Below are positions 54,601-64,000 of a DNA stretch of 64,000 nt, piece after piece. The notes beneath the pieces were generated by a model. That model saw only the letters and a program-made list of their open reading frames with translations. It had not been told where the DNA came from and did not search any database. The stretch is from positions 45,136,001 through 45,200,000 of the forward strand of contig OZ024753.1 of NCBI GenBank assembly GCA_964016885.1, given 5' to 3'. The DNA is from Eledone cirrhosa (lineage: Eukaryota). Numbering within the stretch: position 1 is the first letter of the stretch; the number at the start of each line of letters is the position of its first letter. The position numbers and the translations under genes were made by a program.

Positions 54601-55026
54601 CATATGTAAAAATGTAGGTCACCAATAGCTGGTCACAGGCCCAGGCTATGTGTGAAATGTAGGTCACCCCAAAGCTGGTAATAGGCCCAGAATAGATGCA
54701 AAAAGGAAACCCTCAAAGCCCAAGACAAATGTGAAATATAAATCAACAAAAGTTGTAATAGGCCCAGACAAGATATGAAATAGACCCTCCTCCCCCTCTC
54801 CTACTGACAGATAACAGGTTCATGGAAAATGTTGAACTACTCCACCTCCAGCTTGAAATAGGCCCCAGGGTTAGGTATGAAATGTAAGCCCTGCCTTATT
54901 CCCAAGAAAGAATTAGGCCCAGACCAGATATGAAATGTAGACCAGCAATGCTGGAAACAGGACAGACCAAACAAATACTGGATTTGGATATTTGGAGAAT
55001 ATATGCGATAATCCTCGTTATATAAC

Positions 55027-55187
55027 CAGGGCCGTCTTAATAGCATTATAGGCCCCCCCGGGCAAAGCAGGGCACTGGAGCCCCTACCTACGCAACCACT
55101 CACAGGAATAAAAATACAAATGGGTCCCCTATCCTCGTGGGGCCCCCGGGCAACTGCCCAGCGTGCCCATGCGTTAAGACTGCCCTG
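55027..55187. mobile_element. hAT-type MITE, 161 bp
   Basis: TIRs CAGGGCCGTCTTAA / TTAAGACTGCCCTG. Perfect 8-bp TSD TATATAAC at 55019-55026 and 55188-55195. Confidence 0.9.
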
Positions 55188-57225
55188 TATATAACAATTG
55201 TTGGTGATGACTAACTCACTCATTTTTGTCAGAGTTAATCTCAATTGGAGGGCCAGAACAGGGTGCATCTGGAACTGACAAAATACCTGATTGAAATCTT
55301 GAAAAACCACATCTGGCACACATGTTTTGTAACACCATCTTCTCTCTACACACCATCCTCTCTCTACACACCCTCTCTACACACCATCCTCTCTCTACAC
55401 ACCCTCTCACTACACACCCTCTCTACACACCATCCTCTCTCTACACACCATCCGGTCCCTACACACCATCCTGTCCCTACACAGTATATCCTCCCCCAGG
55501 TTTCTAATGCTGTCTCACCCTTTATTAAAATGAAGAAGCATCAAGTGTCAATAATGTTTGTTTGGTCCTCTATTTTCAGGGTTACCCACACAGTAGTTTC
55601 TAGCTACAATAACATGTCAAGTAGCTATCGAGTGTGTCTTAACAAGGGCCAGACTGAAGTTAGCTACTTATGAGAGTTGTTGAAGTTGAGCTTGGAGGCT
55701 CATCAGGTTGGTGTTTAACCTGGTATATGAAGCGTGAAGTGACAGAGTACATGACTCCACCACGACGCCTCTAGATAAGACACCAGTCCATTGCAGGGTT
55801 ATACCCCCAGATATTGCTGGTACTCACCTTCATCTGAGTATACTGAAGCAAGAGAAGATGAAGTGTTTTGCTCAAGAACACAGTACTTATGTACTGTACA
55901 GTCCAGTCCAGCTTGAAGTTTAGTGTAGGAGAGGAGACTAAGCTGGTACAGACATGTGATGTGTAGGAGAGGAGATAGAGCTGGTACAGACATGTGATGT
56001 GTAGGAGAGGAGATGGAGCTGGTACAGACATGTGATGTGTAGGAGAGGAGATGGAGCTGGTACAGACATGTAATGTCTACTGATGACAGTTAGGTAAAGA
56101 AGTGTCAGGTTGTTATAAGTGGATGGAATTTGTGGAAGAAGAAGACCAAGGTAGACATGGAAATTAGTGGTGGTGTTGGTGGTGGTGGTGCTGGTGGAAT
56201 CAGTAGTGTTGGTGGTGTTGTGGTGGAGGTGGTAGTATTGTTGTTGTTTGTGGTGTTGCTATTCACGGTGGTGTTAGTATTGTTGGTGTGAGGTGCTAGT
56301 GATGGTGGTGTTGGTGGTGGTGGTGCGAGTGGTAGTGGTGGTGATGGTGATGGTGTTAGTGATGGTGGTGTTGGTGGTGGTGGTGCAAGTGGTAGTGGTG
56401 TTGGTGGTGTTGGTGGTGTTGGTGATGGTGGTGGTGTTGGTGGTGGTGGTGGTGATGGTGGTGGTGTTGGTGACGGTGGTGGTGTTGGTGGTGCGAGTGG
56501 TGGTGGTGTTGGTGGTGCGAGTGGTAGTGTTGTTGGTGGTGTTGGTGGTGTTGGTGATGGTGTTAGTGATGGTGATGGTGTTAGTGATGGTGGTGGTGGT
56601 GTTGTTGGTGGTGGTGGTGATGGTGGTGGTGTCGGTGACGGTGGTGGTGTTGGTGGTGCGAGTGGTGGTGGTGTTGGTGGTGCGAGTGGTAGTGTTGTTG
56701 GTGGTGTTGGTGGTGGTGTTGGTGATGGTGTTAGTGATGGTGATGGTGTTAGTGATGGTGTTGGTGTTAGTGATGATGGTGGTGGTGGTGGTGGTGTAAG
56801 GTGTTAGTGATGGTGTTGGTGTTAGTGATGGTGGTGGTGGTGTTGTTGGTGGTGGTGCGAGTGGTAGTGTTGGTGGTGCTAGTGATGGTGTTGGTGTTAG
56901 TGATGATGGTGGTGGTGGTGGTGGTGTAAGGTGTTAGTGGTGTTGGTTGAGGTTGTGATGGAGGCAGTGTTGGTGTGAGTTGTGGTAGCAGTTGTGGTAG
57001 CAGTGGGAGGAAGATAGAGACAAAGGTAGTAGAAGTATCGATACAAACAGGATGGCCATCTTTAAATAATTAGATCTTGCGTAGAATGGAACTGTGTGAT
57101 TGTGTATTGAACATTGGGAGATGGGGGGGGGGGGGCAGAGAGGGGGGAGAAAGCGTGGAAGGAAGAGAGAGAGGTGAGGAAAAAGAGGAGGGAAAGAGAT
57201 ATAGTAGTAGGTGTATAATTATCGA

Positions 57226-57264
<39 letters not shown>

Positions 57265-57372
57265 TATACATATATATATGTGTGTGTGTGGGTATGTGTA
57301 TATAAGGCAGAGATTTATAAATGCATCACTTCTAAATCATTAATGTCCACACACACACATATATACACACAT

Positions 57373-57440
<68 letters not shown>

Positions 57441-57662
57441 TACACAGACACTATATATATATGCATATATACATCATACACACAGACACACCACATATAT
57501 ATATATATATATATACATTATACACAGACACCATATATATATACATTATACACACAGACACCATATATATATATATACATTATACACACAGACACCATAT
57601 ATATATATATACATTATACACACAGACACCATATATATATATATATACATTATACACAGACA

Positions 57663-57704
<42 letters not shown>

Positions 57705-57829
57705 TATACACAGACACCATATTATATATACATTATACACACAGACACCATATATATATACATTATACACACAGACACCATATATATATATATATACATT
57801 AGATACACACAGACACCATATATATCTAT

Positions 57830-58032
57830 CTAAGGCGGGTAAAATTCCCGAGATCCATGGACGAGTTCTCTCCAGCGGTCTCTGTCCCTCATTATCGCTG
57901 CCATATCCTGCATCTCCAACAGACCAGTGTCTGTCCTTAGGGCATCAACATACGTTAACCTTGGTCTTCCTCTTCTAGCGTGTCCATGTAGGGGCTCCCA
58001 AAGGAGCACTGAGTGCAATGTCAACTCTGGAT
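57830..58032 (-). mobile_element. RTE LINE 3' fragment inside a minisatellite (57480-58460)
   Basis: [28 protein letters not shown]...[11 protein letters not shown]. Confidence 0.8.
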
Positions 58033-58468
58033 GTATATATATATATAATGTATATATATATATATATACATTATACACACAGACACCATATATATATATA
58101 TATATATATATACATTATACACACAGACACCATATATATATATATATATATACATTATACACACAGACACCATATATATATATATATATATATATATACA
58201 TTATACACACAGACACCATATATATATATATATATATATACATTATACACACAGACACCATATATATATATATATATATATACATTATACACACAGACAC
58301 CATATATATATATATATATATACATTATACACACAGACACCATATATATATATATATATATATATACATTATACACACAGACACCATATATATATATATA
58401 TATATATACATTATACACACAGACACCATATATATATATATATATACATTATACACACATATAACACT

Positions 58469-58512
<44 letters not shown>

Positions 58513-58631
58513 AGTGTTATTAATGGTGATTGTTTACTTCGAAGTTTCGCCGACGTTATTAGCTTATCGTTGCTGTTGTTATTGTTGTTGCTGATGATGA
58601 TGGTTACATCGATAAGTATAAACACATAGAT

Positions 58632-58688
<57 letters not shown>

Positions 58689-58699
58689 TACATACATAT

Positions 58700-58769
<70 letters not shown>

Positions 58770-58771
<2 letters not shown>

Positions 58772-58955
58772 ATATTAAATAAATGGAAACTATATTTATA
58801 AAACCATATTTATGTTATTATACATATTTCAAGGGTAGCAAAACATTTTATATCATTGAATATTTACTCCAGGAAACTGTTGAGTGCTCTAAATCAGTTA
58901 TAAACATTTATATTTATATTTGTCGGATTTCCAACAAATTAAATATCCCTTCTAC
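58770..58955. mobile_element. Deleted family B element
   Basis: Left arm matches 29521-29582; right tail ctgttgagtgc...caacaaattaaata. Confidence 0.65.
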
Positions 58956-58956
58956 T

Positions 58957-58982
<26 letters not shown>

Positions 58983-58987
<5 letters not shown>

Positions 58988-59152
58988 AAGTATGACCCCG
59001 ACGGCAGAGCTCAAGCCGTTTTGACGGCTATTTCTGGACGCAGAGCTCTGCCGTCGGGGGTCATACTTTTTCCTATTTCCAACTCTACTACTCTAAGTAT
59101 TGAGTACTCTGGTGCGTTATGGTCCATCTGGTTCCTTATCACATTTCCTTTG

Positions 59153-59155
<3 letters not shown>
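58983..59155. mobile_element. Fold-back element family D
   Basis: gaaaaagtatgaccccgacggcagagc ... gctctgccgtcgggggtcatactttttc, plus the family tail. Confidence 0.7.
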
Positions 59156-59202
<47 letters not shown>

Positions 59203-59273
59203 GTTTCATAATTTAAAATGTTTATATTGACACATACATTTTGTTGATATGTATATACACCCACAAATAGCCT

Positions 59274-59317
<44 letters not shown>

Positions 59318-59438
59318 ATGTAATATGTTTCTGAAGACATATATACACAATATTCTCAGTATCTACATACATACACTGTACAGTTGGGGATAGCAGCTAG
59401 TTACTGCTACTAATTTGCGTGGGTGTATATATGTGTAA

Positions 59439-59481
<43 letters not shown>

Positions 59482-59717
59482 GACATATATATATATATCA
59501 CTTCACGTATATGTACATACGTATGTGTCTGTCTATATGTGTATGTGTGTGTGTGTGTGTCTGTGTCAATATGTGTATGTGTCTATGTGTCTATGTATAT
59601 GTGTGTGTGCGTGTGTCTATATGTGTGTGCTAGTCTATATGTGTATGTGTGTATATATGTCTGTGTGTGTGTGTGTGTGTCTGTGTCTATATATATGCGT
59701 GTGTCTATATGTGTGTC

Positions 59718-59748
<31 letters not shown>

Positions 59749-59777
59749 CTGTGTCTATATATATATGTGTGTCTGTG

Positions 59778-59830
<53 letters not shown>

Positions 59831-60189
59831 CTGCGATATATAGGAAATGAAGGGGAGGGGGGATTGTGAAAGTAATTATTGACACTAGTAACTTACAAAC
59901 ACACACATACACACACATATATATATATACATCTACATACATACATACATATTCATACATACATAATTATATGCAACATACATATACACATACATAATTA
60001 CCTACACAAACATATATATACTTACATTTACATACATACATACATACATACATAATTATATGCAACACACATACATATATACATACATAAACACATAGAC
60101 ATGTATACATATATAGAGATAGAAACATAACAGACAGACAAGCAGACAGGCAGACAGACAGACAAACATGCAGATAGACAGACAGACAT

Positions 60190-61620
60190 ATTTGAGGGTG
60201 ATCAGTAAAAGCTGATCACCCTCAATCAAGAATCGAGAGCTGTCAGTGACAAACTCTGATACCTGAAGAGGGTGGATGAAAGGAAAACAATAAAAGATTC
60301 AGCCGAAACCAAACATCAGTCTATAGAGATATGAAGGACAAAGTAATAAATGTCAGCAAGACCCCGTCCTAGGTCCCAGAAACACATAGATTCCTTCTGG
60401 AGAAATATATGGGGTGAGGAAGAGAAGTTCACCCAAGATGTAATGTGGGAGGAAGAGATACAAATAAACTATTGCCCTTGTGTTACACCAAAGATATACA
60501 GCTTCAAAGATGATAACCTTGAGACTGTGATAGGAAACTTCAGGATAAGATAACACCAGGAAGAGACTTAATTGGTGGCTGCTGGTACAAAAATTGACTA
60601 TTGAACTAGTCTGTTTACATGAGATTTGGGAAAGAGCTTTTTGAGAAATGCTCTCTGCGTGATAACAAAAAATCTCACAGCCATGGAAATGGCACAGCAA
60701 TACCGCAATGAATCCATGGATGAAAAGCTGCATGCTTATCAGCAAAAAATCATGCCTGACTAAATTGCCAGAAAACTTTAAAGTGTAAGTAATATAGATA
60801 AGAAAAGTAATCTATCTTGGACCAACAACCAGTATATTGGCTCCCACTTTGAAGGGTATAACAGGAAATAGCAACAAAATACCTGATGCACAAAAGAGAT
60901 TGGGATGCAGGCAAAATACCTAGATGTAACAACAGATGCAAACTGTGTGGAATAATATTGAGGATTTCAACCAAATCATAAGCAGCTGCCCAAAGATATC
61001 TTCACAATTCTATCTACATATAAGGCATGATGTGGTGGCCCAAATACTATATCATGGAGAGTTCTGAGAATAAACATATAAAATGTTACAGTGATGTGGA
61101 GAAGATATGCATACATAATATGAAAGAGTACTGGTGGAATGTTCCAGTCAAAACCCCACTAAAATACAAACATAACAGACCAGATGTAATGATATGGGAC
61201 AGAGGATAGAAGACATGCTCAGTAGAGGAAGTCAGCTGCCCAACAGATGTCAATATAATGATATAGATTAGTGAAAAGGAGAATATCTATGCTGAACTAA
61301 TGAGGAATCTGCTGATACTCCACCTGGACTACACCTATAGATTTGTACCTGTGATCATTGGCGCTCTGAGTTAAGCCTCAGTGTTAATCTCAAGAAGCTG
61401 GTCTTTATGGAACCAGAAAGGGCACGGCTAGTTAGCGAGTACAGTCCATTAATGGAACTGTAGAAGAGACACAAAATAAAGTGAAAACCAACAGATGTGT
61501 GTGTCTTTTTATGGGCAGCATGACCCTCCCAAAGTATAATATATATTACAGATACATTATACATACATGTGTGTGTGTTTTTATTGGGAACATGACCCTC
61601 CCAAAGTATAACAATATATA
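60190..61620 (+). pseudogene. Degenerate RLE-clade (R4/NeSL-like) non-LTR retrotransposon, most of the RT deleted
   Basis: FWRNIW; C-K-L-C...SSCP...RHDVVA zinc-knuckle region; WWNVPVKT...HNRPDVMIWDR (PD-D nuclease); VPVIIGAL. Duplicated tail catgaccctcccaaagtataa. Confidence 0.7.
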
Positions 61621-61632
61621 TATATATATATA

Positions 61633-61818
61633 TAATTGTTTCTACTTTTGGCACAAGGCCAGCAATTATCCCAGTGCATTACTGGTACTTTATTTTATCG
61701 ACCCCGTAAGGATGAAAGACAAAGTTAACCTCAGCGGGATTTGAACTCAGACCATAAAGGGCCGTAACTCTTTGCTGCAAAGCATGACATCCGACCCTTT
61801 ACCGATACTGCCAATCCA

Positions 61819-61820
<2 letters not shown>
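61633..61820 (-). mobile_element. Meta-type tRNA SINE
   Basis: Matches the family consensus. Confidence 0.85.
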
Positions 61821-61869
<49 letters not shown>

Positions 61870-62000
61870 GTGAGGTTTTTTTTTACAAACTGAAAAATAA
61901 CCGAGGTGTCCTACACGAGTGAAAGTATAAGGAAAAACGATGAAATCGAAAATGCAACTGAAGTCTTATTTTCAAAAAAAATATATAAATTTATTTGGTT

Positions 62001-62038
62001 CCTTTACCGGTTTCACAGTTCTTCTGCTTTTCAAAAGG
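62001..62038 (-). ncRNA. Minimal hammerhead with U3-A8 variant core
   Basis: cctt TTGAAAA gcag-aagaa-ctgt GAAA ccgg TA aagg. Confidence 0.7.
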
Positions 62039-62082
62039 TGAGTTGAGATGGAGAAAAACCACAGACCCTCCATCTCAACTCA

Positions 62083-62124
62083 CTTTTTGAAAAGCAGAAG
62101 AACTGCGAAACCAACCGGTAAAGG
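62083..62124 (+). ncRNA. Minimal hammerhead with U3-A8 variant core
   Basis: cttt TTGAAAA gcag-aagaa-ctgc GAAA cc-aacc-gg TA aagg. Confidence 0.65.
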
Positions 62125-62195
62125 AACCAAATAAATATATATATATTTTTTTTAAATCAGACTCCAGTTGCATTTTCGATTTCATCTCTTTTTCT

Positions 62196-62243
<48 letters not shown>

Positions 62244-62332
62244 CAGATATATATGCGTGTGAGTGTATATATTATACATAGGCCGAAACTGCTTGTGTCG
62301 TGGTCAGGATTTTACTTCTCTCTCTCCCTCTT

Positions 62333-62386
<54 letters not shown>

Positions 62387-62643
62387 AGTGTGTAAATGTA
62401 TATATATATACAGAGAGGGGAGGTAGAGGGGGTATGGTAGGGGTTATAGAAGAGCCATCTGTAGTTCCCCCCCCCCACTCACCTATCAACTAGTCTATAC
62501 AATAAATCTATACAACATAATAGACACTTCTACAACTAATACTGCTCTTATTGCTTTATGGATGTTATATACACATTATGTTTATATACACACACACACA
62601 CACACATATATATATGTATATATATATATATACACATACATAC

Positions 62644-62674
<31 letters not shown>

Positions 62675-62739
62675 CACACATATATATATTTGTTTTACAT
62701 ATATGGACATATATACATATACATACGTCATACATACAA

Positions 62740-62781
<42 letters not shown>

Positions 62782-62938
62782 TATGCATATTATACACACA
62801 TTTGTGTTATACATATATATCCCCTGCAACAGGGCTCTCTCTCTCTCTCCATCTCCATATCTCTCTCCATCTCTCTCTCTCTATCTCTCTCTATCTCCAT
62901 CTCCCCCCCCTCTCTCTCTCCCCTCCCTCTCTCTCTCC

Positions 62939-62971
<33 letters not shown>

Positions 62972-64000
62972 CCCCTCTCTCTCTATCTCTCCCCTCCTCC
63001 CCCCTCTCTCTCTATCACCTAAACCAACATAATATGAAAACAACACTACGAGAGATAATGAACGTATGATGACAACCATGATGATGATGTGATGTAGTAG
63101 TAGTTGTTGTGGTGGTGGTGGTGGTGGTGGTAGAAGTGGTGGTGGTGGTGGCGGTGGTAGTAGTAGTAGTGGTGGTGGTAGTAGTGGTGGTGGTGGTAGT
63201 GATGGTAGTGATGGTAGTGGTAGTGGTGGTGGTGGTGGTGGTGGTGGTGGTAGTGATGGTAGTGGTAGTGGTGGTGGTGGTGGTGGTGGTGGTGGTGGTA
63301 GTGATGGTGGTGGTGGTGGTGGTAGTGATGGTGGTAGTAGTAGTGGTGGTAGTGGTAGTGGTGGTGGTGGTGGTGGTGGTGGTAGTGATGGTGGTAGTAG
63401 TAGTGGTGGTGGTGGTGGTGGTGGTAGTGGTGGTGGAGGTGGTGGTAGTGATGGTGGTAGTAGTAGTGGTGGTGGTGGTGGTGGTGGTGGTAGTAGTAGT
63501 GGTGGTGGTGGTAGTGACGGTAGCGGTAGTAGTGGTGGTGGTATTAGTGGTGGTGGTAGTGGTGATAGTAGTAGTAGTAGTAATAGTAGTAGTGGCGGTA
63601 CTAGTAGTAGTAATGGTGGTGATGGTAGTAGTGGCGGTAGTAGTAGTGTTACACACAACCCCCACCACTCCACCACCATCACACCCTGTCTCACCTACTT
63701 ATATCACAGTCTATATATTTCTACATTCTGTGATGTTGTTATTGTTGTCGTTATATAGCCCTAGGCCAGCCAGGAGATCAGAGACATTTCAACGATCACC
63801 ACCCCCACCCATCCTTTTAAGGGAACCATCTAGAACAAAACCATACAATGAACCTGTCCTTTATTTATTTAAGACGTAGGGTGTGATTTGGAGCGGATTT
63901 TGGCTGCTATATCTAGCAGTTTACGTTACTGTGTATAGACTGGCTGTGTTGTAATAGTAGTTTGTGTATAGGCCTTACTGAACAGACATATATCCGTCTG

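Larger units (their letters stand above)
61925..62200. mobile_element. Hammerhead element family E, inverted arms of about 125 nt; partial copy at 9715-9843
   Basis: 61927-62053 versus 62068-62199 inverted. Confidence 0.75.

Noticed and set aside
58528-58625. Minus-strand GAAA-cttcgaag-TA and plus-strand CTGATGA-tgatg/catc-GATA
   Set aside because: Each half lacks an intact partner core; too degenerate to call.

Overview
AT-rich, microsatellite-laden eukaryotic DNA. The SINE and LINE types suggest a coleoid cephalopod, probably Octopus (inference). The only host gene I can support is a minus-strand PEAK1/PRAG1 (SgK269/SgK223)-like scaffold gene. It has a 2.75-kb first coding exon (21403-18653), a possible 123-nt cassette exon (10710-10588), exons 2469-2388 and 902-342, and continues off the left edge; the pseudokinase domain is not in the window. 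The rest is intron or upstream DNA containing tRNA-derived SINEs (Meta-type and CORE-type), RTE and RLE-clade LINE fragments, a hAT MITE with an 8-bp TSD, and many mini- and microsatellites. Almost all listed ORFs are repeat artefacts. The main hidden signal is a set of about 7 distinct families of short non-coding elements in (TA)n tracts. They carry hand-foldable type I hammerhead ribozymes (CUGANGA / stem II / GAAA / stem III / UH), usually as inverted pairs, resembling Penelope-like pLTR or retrozyme remnants. Highlights are a U3-A8 core covariant, a direct-repeat pair 545 nt apart, and two sense-strand hammerheads flanking the candidate cassette exon. All folds and alignments were done by eye.
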